Assembly (NCBI GenBank): GCA_037135035.1
Contig: JBAXLB010000001.1
Span: 160,465-210,024, forward strand
DNA from: Candidatus Adlerbacteria bacterium
Lineage (GTDB): Bacteria; Patescibacteriota; Minisyncoccia; Phycocordibacterales; SBAW01
DNA: 49,560 bases
Reading direction: 5' to 3'
The position numbers were made by a program, and so were the translations under genes. Under the pieces are notes generated by a model. It had not been told where the DNA came from. It did no database searches and saw only the letters and a list, made by a program, of their open reading frames with translations. Of this stretch, positions 28,002 through 36,148 are shown piece by piece. Numbering within the stretch: the stretch's first letter is position 1; each line of letters opens with the position of its first letter.

Positions 28002-28442
28002 ATGAAAGTACTATTCTTGAAAGATGTACGAGGTGTTGGACGCGCTATGGAGATTAAAAATGTGGCCGACGGCTATGCGGTTAACTTTCTCTTTCCTCAA
28101 AAATTTGCCGAACCTGCAACAGAAGAAACAGTTAAGCGGGTAGAATCACAAAAAAAAGCAGCAGAAGATGCAATAAAAAAAGAAGAAGATATTCTCGACA
28201 AAAAAGTTTTGTCGCTCAAAGGTAAAAAAATTACCATCACTGCCAAGGCAACTGAAAAAGGCGGCCTCTTTAAATCTATTGTTACAAAAGACGTTGCAAA
28301 AGCTATTTTGGGCGAACACGCCTTGCAGATACCTGAAAACTCGATAACTCTTACTCCTACAAAAACAGTGGGGGAACACAAAATAGTGCTTGCAAGTAAA
28401 AATCAAAAAGTGGATATGACTCTTGTTGTTGTCGCGGCATAG
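28002..28442 (+). CDS. rplI: 50S ribosomal protein L9
   Basis: [26 protein letters not shown]. Confidence 0.95.
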   Translation: MKVLFLKDVRGVGRAMEIKNVADGYAVNFLFPQKFAEPATEETVKRVESQKKAAEDAIKKEEDILDKKVLSLKGKKITITAKATEKGGLFKSIVTKDVAKAILGEHALQIPENSITLTPTKTVGEHKIVLASKNQKVDMTLVVVAA

Positions 28443-28456
28443 TATACTGGGTGTAC

Positions 28457-28900
28457 ATGATACAAAAAGTAGTTGTGTTTTTTGACAAGCTTGAAGACCG
28501 CGTGCGTGCGCGTTTGAGCCATTGGCCTATTCTCTATTCGTTTATTGGGGGCGTTGGTATCGTCTTGTTTTGGAAAGGTGTCTGGGAAATGGCAGAATAC
28601 TATCCTATTTTGTTTGGCTTCCCGTCGGTATTGATAGGGCTCGTGATACTACTTTCTACTGGCCTGCTCGTGTCATTTTTTATAGGTGACAATATTATTT
28701 TGTCGGGCCTCAAGCACGAAAAAAAGGTCGTGGAAAAAACAGAAACAGAAGTGCAGTCGGAAAAAAACAGCATATCCGATGTATTGGCAAAACTTGAAAC
28801 AATAGAAAAAAAGCTGGAAGCGTTTCAAAAAGCAAAAAAGCCCCGCAAAGGGCCTGTTGCTGCAAAAATAGAAAAAATAGAAGAAGTGCTTACGCAGTAA
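28457..28900 (+). CDS. Hypothetical membrane protein
   Basis: Two TM segments, [11 protein letters not shown]-terminus, charged C-terminal coiled coil. Confidence 0.8.
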   Translation: MIQKVVVFFDKLEDRVRARLSHWPILYSFIGGVGIVLFWKGVWEMAEYYPILFGFPSVLIGLVILLSTGLLVSFFIGDNIILSGLKHEKKVVEKTETEVQSEKNSISDVLAKLETIEKKLEAFQKAKKPRKGPVAAKIEKIEEVLTQ

Positions 28901-29168
28901 CCACGTCGACAGCTGAGCGAGTTGTCTTTTTGCCGTTGAAGTTTATTTTACGGACGTTGCGGAATGCTACGACGCCTTCTTTGATAGCAAAAATGGTGTG
29001 GTCCTTACCGAGGCCGACGTTTCGGCCTGGCATCATTGCCGTGCCGCGCTGGCGTACTATGATGTCGCCGATTTTTGCCTTTTGACCGGCATAGAGTTTA
29101 ACACCCAAATATTTTGCATTTGAGTCATTGAGGTTTTTCGCTGTTCCGCCTGCCTTTTTTGATGCCAT
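28890..29168 (-). CDS. rpmA: 50S ribosomal protein L27
   Basis: [34 protein letters not shown]. Confidence 0.97.
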   Translation of the reverse strand: MASKKAGGTAKNLNDSNAKYLGVKLYAGQKAKIGDIIVRQRGTAMMPGRNVGLGKDHTIFAIKEGVVAFRNVRKINFNGKKTTRSAVDVVTA

Positions 29169-29252
29169 AAGGTTGTGCAGAGATAGTACCAAAAAGGCAG
29201 GTTTTAGGCAAGTTTTATTGCCTGGGACTGCATAACAACGTATTATTGAGGC

Positions 29253-29849
29253 ATGTTAGTTGTAGATATTGAAGCCAGCGGATTGGATGCGAAGGTAAAC
29301 TCCATTGTAAGCATAGGCGCTTTAGACCTGGACCACCCGGAACACCAGCTGTACGAAGAATGCCGGGTTTGGGACGGCGCCCATATAGAAGACGAGGCTC
29401 TGGAAGTAAACGGCTTTACCCGCGAGCAAATAACCGACCCTACAAAGCAAAGTGAGGCCGACTTGGTCCACAAGTTTAAAACCTTTGCTGAGGGGGTTGC
29501 CGAGCGCACCTTGGCTGGGCAAAATGTGTCGTTTGACCGCGACTTTTTGCAGGCAGCAGCTGCCCGTGCAGGCCACACCAGCTGGCCGTTTGCACACCGC
29601 ACTATAGACACCCATACCCTGTGTTTTATGCATATGGTTAAAAGGGGAGTGACACCCCCTGTAGACCCGGAAAAGCACCATTCCAGCCTTAACTTGGACG
29701 CTGTGCTCAACTACTGTGGCATTCCAAGCGAACCGCAGCCCCATAACGCCCTTACGGGGGCAAAGTCGCATGCGGAGGTTATCTCCCGTTTGCTCTACGA
29801 CAAAAAGCTGCTCCCAGAGTTCGAAGCGTTTGAAATCCCTTGGATATAA
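29253..29849 (+). CDS. DEDD-family 3'-5' exonuclease
   Basis: VVDIEASG (ExoI), GQNVSFD (ExoII), HNAL (ExoIII). Confidence 0.85.
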   Translation: MLVVDIEASGLDAKVNSIVSIGALDLDHPEHQLYEECRVWDGAHIEDEALEVNGFTREQITDPTKQSEADLVHKFKTFAEGVAERTLAGQNVSFDRDFLQAAAARAGHTSWPFAHRTIDTHTLCFMHMVKRGVTPPVDPEKHHSSLNLDAVLNYCGIPSEPQPHNALTGAKSHAEVISRLLYDKKLLPEFEAFEIPWI

Positions 29850-29928
29850 GCCAAAAAAACCTTATATAACAACATTTTTTATCGTCAAGGCGATATCCAC
29901 AGGAAGTGATGGGGAAGGGGGTTTATAT

Positions 29929-30025
29929 GTCAATACCCTCCTATTGACCCCTTGACATATTTTTGATAATGTATTGTTTAGTCGGCGGTCGAGCCGGCTT
30001 TTTTCGTGCCCGGCATACCGCCGGC
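29929..30025 (+). promoter_or_regulatory. Promoter with overlapping inverted repeat and a GC-rich leader hairpin
   Basis: gtcaata-N6-tattgac (29929-29948); TTGACC-17-TAATGT; hairpin gtcggcggt...accgccggc (29981-30025). Confidence 0.55.
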
Positions 30026-30061
30026 CGTACCACTTAACCCTAACCCTATGCCACTACATTC

Positions 30062-30496
30062 ATGCCTCTTACTCTTGGCCTCGCTCTGGCGCTCTCTGCG
30101 GCACTAGGAACAACCCCCGCAACCACTACGACGCCAGTCCCAACTATCATGTCGCCTCAGGCACAGACAGTTCGGGAGTATGTACAGACCTACTTTGCCG
30201 ATGAGCCTATTATGGTGGACATCGCGCAGTGCGAGTCGCATTTTCGCCAATACAACAAAAGTGGAGCCGTCTACCGTGGCGTCCAAAATAACCAGGACGT
30301 TGGGGTGATGCAGATAAACGAGCGCTACCACTTAAACACTGCCGTGAAGATGGGCTTTGACCTGTACAGCCTTGAAGGCAATACCTCCTATGCGCGCTAT
30401 TTGTACGACAAAGAAGGTACCACGCCGTGGGCATCGTCCGAGCCGTGCTGGGGCAAAACAAAGAACGCAAAGTTGCTTGCTCTCGCAGGTAAATAA
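30062..30496 (+). CDS. Secreted lysozyme-like/lytic transglycosylase (SLT-like) protein
   Basis: Signal peptide, IAQCES, GVMQIN, ARYLY..GTTPW. Confidence 0.8.
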   Translation: MPLTLGLALALSAALGTTPATTTTPVPTIMSPQAQTVREYVQTYFADEPIMVDIAQCESHFRQYNKSGAVYRGVQNNQDVGVMQINERYHLNTAVKMGFDLYSLEGNTSYARYLYDKEGTTPWASSEPCWGKTKNAKLLALAGK

Positions 30497-30514
30497 AGTT
30501 TGATTCTAAGAGCA

Positions 30515-30548
30515 CAAAAACCACTCCACTAAAAAGGGGTGGTTTTTG
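30515..30548. terminator. Terminator after the SLT-like gene
   Basis: aaaaaccactcc...ggggtggttttt. Confidence 0.75.
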
Positions 30549-30582
30549 CTATATAAAAATAGGGAAGTCAGTTCCCCATTTT

Positions 30583-30617
30583 TTAAAAAGAAAATCGCCA
30601 GCATAGGTAGCTGGCGA
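30583..30617 (-). terminator. Intrinsic terminator of cassette G
   Basis: tcgccagc/gctggcga stem, tail TTTTCTTTTTAA. Confidence 0.8.
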
Positions 30618-30629
30618 GGAAAAGGTGAA

Positions 30630-30830
30630 CCCTGGGACTGTTGGGAATGAGTTTGGGGCCCACGACTCCTCGGGGTCTTGAGGAGGTGTGGCATTCATTC
30701 CAAACCATAGCGATACGAGGGATCGCATATGTTGTCCCAGGGCCTGCTGGAAACTCGCCGGACGGAGAGGGCTGTCAGGGACGAGCGCAGCAGAACGGTC
30801 TGTCAATATCCTATACCTTGCCGTACAGGA
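30630..30830. ncRNA. Candidate structured non-coding RNA or ssDNA element (family unknown)
   Basis: Nested stems ccctgggac/gtcccaggg, ggaatga/tcattcc, ctcctc/gaggag, gcgat/atcgc, ctgctg/cagcag; no convincing ORF. Confidence 0.45.
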
Positions 30831-30831
30831 G

Positions 30832-31137
30832 TCAATCCTTCTTTTCAAGGTCCTTAAAGTACTGTTCTCTCAGTCTGGCGACTTCTCTCACCACCTCTTT
30901 GGCTGCGCCTATGCGCATGCATGCAAGACCTGTTGGCGCAGACAATAGAAGGATTGCTCCGGCTGCAAGTAATGCAGTTTCTAAAGGACTGTTTAGAGAC
31001 GTGTAAGCAAAGTAAAAACAAATGCCCCATAGCACGTAGAGGATCCTTCGAACCCTACGCCAAAACTTGAGCTCGAGCTCTGCCTCGTATCGCCTTTCAA
31101 AAGGTTCTGCAAGAACTACCTGAATCTGAGTAGCCAT
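30832..31137 (-). CDS. Cassette G: hypothetical two-TM membrane protein (101 aa)
   Basis: SD GAGGT 5 nt before ATG 31137; ctaTTGACC-16-(TGc)TACTGT at ~31181-31211. Confidence 0.7.
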   Translation of the reverse strand: MATQIQVVLAEPFERRYEAELELKFWRRVRRILYVLWGICFYFAYTSLNSPLETALLAAGAILLLSAPTGLACMRIGAAKEVVREVARLREQYFKDLEKKD

Positions 31138-31740
31138 AACGGACCTCACGAACTTCATCCACGGGAATGTGGTTAAAATTACAGTAGCAGATGAAAATGG
31201 GCGGTCAATAGTTTCCTTAATGGCAGTTTTTATCTGAAAATAATAGGGAAGTGACTCCCCCAGTAAAAGGTAAATTTTTTTAACAAGAATTTGGTGCATA
31301 TTTTTCTGCAATATATGCCAAACAAGAGAGACTAAATAGACAGACTATTTTCAAACATATTTTTGTGGGGAAGTGACTCATAGGAGATGTACAGTGCGGC
31401 ACGTAACCGCACAGCGTGTTCAAAGCAATCCTAGTCTTCTAGGCTAATATGAGTCGCAAAAGATATATTGTGCGACGTATAGTTATTAATTCCCTTCAAC
31501 CACATATAGCCACGGCTCAATCACAACGGCCAGTACTACTACCCTGCCGCTAAATATTCTTGGCTAAGGAACCGTTGCAACCTAACTAATTAAATAAAAT
31601 ATATGTCAGAAAAAACTCTTGGAAATAATTCTGTAAAAATTAGGGGAGTCTCCCCTACCGTTTCTGTTAAATTATAATTAATTTGCGTCTTTTATTTTTT
31701 ACGCTAGTATCAAGTTGTTGAGTTCCGGGAGGATTTTATC

Positions 31741-31971
31741 ATGCAGCTTGTTGCTCTCCAGCGCGTTCAAATCCTGAGCGTTAACGGCCATACGACAAAT
31801 ACAAGCGTCGTCGAATGTCAGCGACAGGGGTGCAACTATACATCCCCAGTGAGTGAGAGCGTTATATGTTCTGTCTATTTTGGTAACGGCGAATGGCAGA
31901 CGTATCTTATGTGTTCTCATACATGTGTGATGGAGATCCTGACTCCACCGGCCAAATGTGATGTGCACTAA
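31741..31971 (+). CDS. Cassette H: small Cys-rich hypothetical protein, possibly Zn-binding
   Basis: GGGAGG SD; CxxxxC...CSxxC; TTGCGT-16-TAGTAT upstream. Confidence 0.65.
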   Translation: MQLVALQRVQILSVNGHTTNTSVVECQRQGCNYTSPVSESVICSVYFGNGEWQTYLMCSHTCVMEILTPPAKCDVH

Positions 31972-31982
31972 AGCTTCGGTCT

Positions 31983-32012
31983 ACCCACCACTCACAGGTG
32001 GGTTTTCTTTTT
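31983..32012 (+). terminator. Intrinsic terminator of cassette H
   Basis: acccacc/ggtgggt stem, tail TTTTCTTTTT. Confidence 0.8.
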
Positions 32013-32023
32013 GAACGTTTAAA

Positions 32024-32173
32024 TTAGAAAGGTTTTTCGCCGCGGATAAGGCGAATCAAGACCATGATAATTGCGATAACAAGCAGTACGTGCACAAACC
32101 CACCAATGGTGTAGGACGTTACAACACCCAAAAGCCACAATATCAATAAAGTGACTGCAATGGTATACAACAT
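32024..32173 (-). CDS. lmo0937-family small membrane protein (49 aa; absent from the ORF track)
   Basis: Translated by hand: MLYTIAVTLLILWLLGVVTSYTIGGFVHVLLVIAIIMVLIRLIRGEKPF. Confidence 0.9.
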   Translation of the reverse strand: MLYTIAVTLLILWLLGVVTSYTIGGFVHVLLVIAIIMVLIRLIRGEKPF

Positions 32174-32271
32174 GAATTTTAATTTAGTAAGTAAATAGCT
32201 ACACGTACGATGACGGGCTCATGCGCCGCTTATTACCAACTTTTACAGAGCGAAAGGTGTAGAATGGCCCT

Positions 32272-32925
32272 ATGCAAAACTATGCCGCCCAACTTAACGC
32301 TGTCCTTTCGCCCGCAGAAACAAAGTTATTTAAACGCCTCTCTTCTGCGAACAAAATACAGGACTTTTTAGATGAAATGCCGATTAATTTCGAATACAAA
32401 GGTGACACTATTTATTCGCCCCGGCAGGTAGTTGCACAAGGCAAAGCACACTGTATTGAAGGCGCACTGTTGGCTGCGGCGGTGCTTGCCTACCACGGTC
32501 AGCGGCCGCTCTTGCTCGACCTGCAGACCCTCCCCTACGACGACGACCATGTGCTAGCCCTGTTTAAGGAGCATGGCTACTGGGGCGCTATAAGCAAAAC
32601 AAACCACGCTATTTTGCGCTGGCGCGACCCGGTGTACAAAACAGTTCGCGAACTTGCGATGTCGTTTTTCCACGAGTACTACATGGACGACGGTGTCAAA
32701 ACCCTCCGTGCCTTTTCTCGTCCGTTTGACCTGCGCCGTTACGCGCCCGGAGACTGGGTTGTGTCGGAGGCTCCTCTTGAGCGTATTGCAGAAGAGTTGG
32801 ACGACTCGCCCCACTTCCCTATTTTGCAGGGCATAACTAAAAAATCGCTTCGCAAAGCATCATCTGCTGAATGTAAGATACTAGACGTTGTCGAATGGGA
32901 GTCAGAAAAAAAGAAACTGCTCTAG
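32272..32925 (+). CDS. Conserved hypothetical protein with transglutaminase/papain-like Cys-His motifs
   Basis: AHCIEGALLAAA, DDDHVLALF, WGAISKTNH. Confidence 0.7.
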   Translation: MQNYAAQLNAVLSPAETKLFKRLSSANKIQDFLDEMPINFEYKGDTIYSPRQVVAQGKAHCIEGALLAAAVLAYHGQRPLLLDLQTLPYDDDHVLALFKEHGYWGAISKTNHAILRWRDPVYKTVRELAMSFFHEYYMDDGVKTLRAFSRPFDLRRYAPGDWVVSEAPLERIAEELDDSPHFPILQGITKKSLRKASSAECKILDVVEWESEKKKLL

Positions 32926-32935
32926 TGCTACTGCG

Positions 32936-33709
32936 TTAGTTTTTAAACCCAGTACCGCGTTTAAACAAAACGAGTGCAGTGACAGCAAGTACGAGGGTGA
33001 TCCCTATAAGGAGCGTAAAGCTTGTTGCAATTGAAACGTCGCTAAACCCTAGGAAGCCGTACCGGAAGGCATTAACTATGTAGAGTATTGGGTTAAACAA
33101 CGATACGGCACGCCAAAACGGTGGAAATTGGTCGATGGAGTAAAAGATACCGCCCAAGTATGTCAGTGGCGTCAGCACAAACGTTGGCACAATAGAAATG
33201 CCGTCAAAGCCTTTTGCAAAAATCCCGTTCACAAGTCCCGCAAGCGAAAACATGACCGAGGTAAGCACTACTGCGCACAACAACACCGCAACGTTATAAA
33301 TTATCAGGTGTGTGAAAAAGAGCGAGACTATAAGCACGAGTGTTCCAACAAGGAGTCCTCGCATTACCCCACCACTTACATAGCCGGCAATAACAACCCA
33401 GTCGGGTGTTGGCGAGACAAGTACTTCGTCTAAGTTGCGCTGCCACTTAGCAAAATAAAAAGTTGAAACGGTGTTCATGTACGAGCTGGTGATAACCGAC
33501 ATCATAATGAGGCCCGGCACAATAAACTGCATGTAACTAAAGCCGTGTATAGCTTGCAACTGCGAGCCTATAAACGAACCAAAGACAATAAAATACAGGC
33601 CTGTTGTGACAACTGGCGGGAGCAGAGTCTGGCTCCAGATGCGCACCATGCGCACAAACTCTTTGCGCAGCATAGTGTAGTAGGAAATCCAAATTTTTGC
33701 CGGGCTCAT
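32936..33709 (-). CDS. ABC-2 type transporter permease (YadH-like)
   Basis: QTLLPPV, YMQFIVPGLIMM, LTPLTYLGGIFYS, NAFRYGFLG. Confidence 0.92.
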   Translation of the reverse strand: MSPAKIWISYYTMLRKEFVRMVRIWSQTLLPPVVTTGLYFIVFGSFIGSQLQAIHGFSYMQFIVPGLIMMSVITSSYMNTVSTFYFAKWQRNLDEVLVSPTPDWVVIAGYVSGGVMRGLLVGTLVLIVSLFFTHLIIYNVAVLLCAVVLTSVMFSLAGLVNGIFAKGFDGISIVPTFVLTPLTYLGGIFYSIDQFPPFWRAVSLFNPILYIVNAFRYGFLGFSDVSIATSFTLLIGITLVLAVTALVLFKRGTGFKN

Positions 33710-34452
33710 ATCGTTTTATTGTTACTGTCTTGGATAATATCCACGTAAATATTTTCGAGCTTTTCTTTGCCGTTAGCTTCGAGTAGTTTGTGCATCGTCT
33801 CATGAAGCTTTACTTCCCCTTTGTTGATTATGGCAACGGTGCGGCAGAGTTCCTCCGCCTCTTCCAAGTAGTGGGTCGTCAAAATAATGGTTGTGCCTTC
33901 GGCGTTCATACGGCGCAAAAAATCCCACATGCCGCGACGCATTTCGATGTCTACCCCGGCTGTCGGCTCGTCCAAAATAAGGAGCTTGGGTTTGTGGATG
34001 AGTGCGCGCGCTATCATCAAGCGGCGCTTCATACCGCCAGAGAGTTGTTGTGACGGGCTGTCCTTCTTTTCCCAAAGACCGAGTTCTTTTAGTATCGGCT
34101 CTGCGTCTTTAATTGCTTGTGCGCGTGGGATGCCGTAGTAACCCGCCTGTACGGTAATGATGTCGATAACTTTTTCAAAAATATTGAAGTTAAATTCCTG
34201 CGGCACCACACCAATGTAGGTTTTTGTTTTGTCGCGGTCAGTGTCCAGCGAGTTGCCGAATATTTTTACTTCACCGCTGCTTTTAGTTGTAAGGCTCGTT
34301 AAGATGCTGATGATAGTCGACTTGCCTGCGCCGTTGGGGCCAAGTAACGCAAAAAAGTCACCCTCGGCAATTTCCAAGTCAACACCTTTGAGGGCTTCTA
34401 CTCCTGTCTTGTACGTTTTGCGAAGATTTTTTATTGAAACAGCGTTTGTCAT
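33706..34452 (-). CDS. ABC transporter ATP-binding protein (YadG-like)
   Basis: GPNGAGKST, LSGGMKRR, LILDEPT, TTHYLEEAE. Confidence 0.95.
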   Translation of the reverse strand: MTNAVSIKNLRKTYKTGVEALKGVDLEIAEGDFFALLGPNGAGKSTIISILTSLTTKSSGEVKIFGNSLDTDRDKTKTYIGVVPQEFNFNIFEKVIDIITVQAGYYGIPRAQAIKDAEPILKELGLWEKKDSPSQQLSGGMKRRLMIARALIHKPKLLILDEPTAGVDIEMRRGMWDFLRRMNAEGTTIILTTHYLEEAEELCRTVAIINKGEVKLHETMHKLLEANGKEKLENIYVDIIQDSNNKTI

Positions 34453-34557
34453 GAAGGCTACAGTATACCATATCCGACTTGTGCAGGCTCAGGTATCAAA
34501 AACCCCCTCATGCCACAAAGACAGGAAGGGATTTTTGGTGCACAAAAACAGCGTCGA

Positions 34558-34776
34558 CTACATGCAAGTACGGCAGTCTTTTTTGTGGCCAATAGCAATC
34601 CAAATTGCCGAGAGACCTACCAAAACATAGACGAGCCATTCCACCTGCGGCCATGAGCCGAGGATCATTTTAACAACGTTCCAGTCTGCACCAGCAAAAC
34701 CACCGAGTCCAACAAGGCCCCAGTTAAGTCCGCCGATAACGAGCAAGAGTAACGAGACCCTGTGAAGTGCTTTCAT
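34558..34776 (-). CDS. DUF378-family small membrane protein
   Basis: LLVIGGLNWGLVG, VYVLVGLSA. Confidence 0.88.
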   Translation of the reverse strand: MKALHRVSLLLLVIGGLNWGLVGLGGFAGADWNVVKMILGSWPQVEWLVYVLVGLSAIWIAIGHKKDCRTCM

Positions 34777-34885
34777 AGAAAATTTTGAGAAATTATTTTA
34801 TACGGCTCGACCCCTGTATGCCAGGATCCGTACCATCTAGTATAACCCTCCATAGACCCTGCAAAGGGTCTCGTGGGGATAAGGG

Positions 34886-36139
34886 CTAGAATGCCGGCAA
34901 GTACGACAGTGGGTTTAAGTACGCGTTAAGTGGTGCAATGGGGATAAACGCGGTGGCTCCGCTGTTGCAGGTGTATTGCTTAAATGTCACGGCACTTGAG
35001 ACATACACGGTCATATGCAAGTGTGGCCCGGTTGCATAGCCGGTGTCGCCAGAATAGCCCAGTATGTCGCCCGTTGTTACACGTTCCCCCTTGGTGGCCG
35101 TAATGCTGGAAAGATGCGCGTACAGCGATGTAAGGCCGTTGTCGTGGCGCACAAGTACCCACTTGCCGTACTGGCAGTATTTAACGGCACCTTGGTTTAC
35201 TTCCTGCACGGTACCCGACAGCGCGGCGTGTACCGGTGTGCCAATTGATGCACGGAAGTCTACCCCGTTGTGGCCGCTTCCGTTGTACCCACCAGACTTT
35301 GCAAAGTCGGTTTTGCCAAAATATTGTGTAACAGCAACACTGTCGAGTGGCCAGGCAAGTATGCCTTTTTCAGGGTCTGGGGCGCTTGAGGTATTTGCAG
35401 ACCCAAGGCCTTTGGCGAGTTGTATCAACGTGGCTTCGAATGACTTTTCTTCAGCTTGTTTTTGGGCGAGTAAACTTTGGTAGCCAGACTCTTTATTTTT
35501 TGTTTGGACCAGCAGTTGGTTTTGTGACTCCTTTGTGATACTTAAACTTGTTTTTTGTTCAGCCAAGTTTTGTTTTAAACTTGCGAGGTCGGCGCGTTTT
35601 TGTTCGGCCGATGTTTTATTTGCAGCCAGTGTTCCTTTTAAATTCAATAATTCGGTAATTTTATTTTGGAGCCCACTCCGTACTGCCTCAAGTGTTGTTG
35701 CAGAGTCAAAAAAAGACGACAGTGTTCCCCCACCGAGCAGGGTCAGTGCGAGCGGTTCGTCATCGAGGGTCTGTAATTCTTGCAAAGAGTCTTTTACTTG
35801 CATCTCGACCTGGCTTATTTCGCTGGTAGTTGTTGAAATAGTGCCCGCGAGCGTTTTAATCTGCCGGTCTCTCTGTGCAATTTGTGTACTGGTGAGAGTA
35901 ACGCTTTTAGTTATTTTTTGAATATTTAAATTGAGTGCATCTATAGCACTCTGGAGTGTCTTTTTTTGTGCACTGGTTGTGGTGAGCTGGTTTTGGAGTT
36001 GCGCAATTTCTGCACGTAGCTGCGCTATTTGTGCAGTGCCTTGGTCAATCTGCGCTTGCACCGGGTCGGTTGTAGTTGAGGTTGCAGCGTGCGCTACGTT
36101 ACCAAAAAAAAGGAGAAAGGAAAGTACCAAAGGAAGCAT
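34886..36139 (-). CDS. M23 peptidoglycan endopeptidase with long coiled coil
   Basis: Signal peptide, coiled coil, HNGVD, YAHL, TGPHLH. Confidence 0.92.
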   Translation of the reverse strand: MLPLVLSFLLFFGNVAHAATSTTTDPVQAQIDQGTAQIAQLRAEIAQLQNQLTTTSAQKKTLQSAIDALNLNIQKITKSVTLTSTQIAQRDRQIKTLAGTISTTTSEISQVEMQVKDSLQELQTLDDEPLALTLLGGGTLSSFFDSATTLEAVRSGLQNKITELLNLKGTLAANKTSAEQKRADLASLKQNLAEQKTSLSITKESQNQLLVQTKNKESGYQSLLAQKQAEEKSFEATLIQLAKGLGSANTSSAPDPEKGILAWPLDSVAVTQYFGKTDFAKSGGYNGSGHNGVDFRASIGTPVHAALSGTVQEVNQGAVKYCQYGKWVLVRHDNGLTSLYAHLSSITATKGERVTTGDILGYSGDTGYATGPHLHMTVYVSSAVTFKQYTCNSGATAFIPIAPLNAYLNPLSYLPAF

Positions 36140-36148
36140 CTCCTTAGT

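Larger units (their letters stand above)
30555..31657. repeat. Four dispersed short palindromic GGG(A/G)AGT..(T)CCCC motifs
   Basis: Copies at ~30555-30583, 31243-31262, 31367-31379 and 31641-31657. Confidence 0.55.

Noticed and set aside
30035-30047. TAACCCTAACCCT telomere-like dimer
   Set aside because: Only two units; expected by chance
30600-30830. RNase P, tmRNA, SRP, 6S, T-box or retron identity for the structured element
   Set aside because: I could not find the diagnostic motifs (e.g. RNase P GAGGAAAGUCC, T-box UGGNACC, tmRNA tRNA-like ends), and no reverse transcriptase is adjacent
30549-31006. ORFs 30549-30848 (-), 30641-31006 (+) and 30688-30948 (+) over the structured region
   Set aside because: They cross the terminator or overlap cassette G antisense and show no recognisable protein features; not fully excluded
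31376-31455. Possible degenerate tRNA (CTTTGAA loop on the minus strand)
   Set aside because: No TTCRA T-loop next to the closing stem and no proper anticodon stem
30555-31657. CRISPR array or integron attC array
   Set aside because: Repeats are short, degenerate and irregularly spaced; no cas or intI gene and no RYYYAAC/GTTRRRY attC ends seen
10078-34885. Scattered DnaA-box-like 9-mers (near 10080, 12608, 29893, 34874) as oriC
   Set aside because: Isolated and mostly mismatched; no cluster, DUE or dnaA gene in the window
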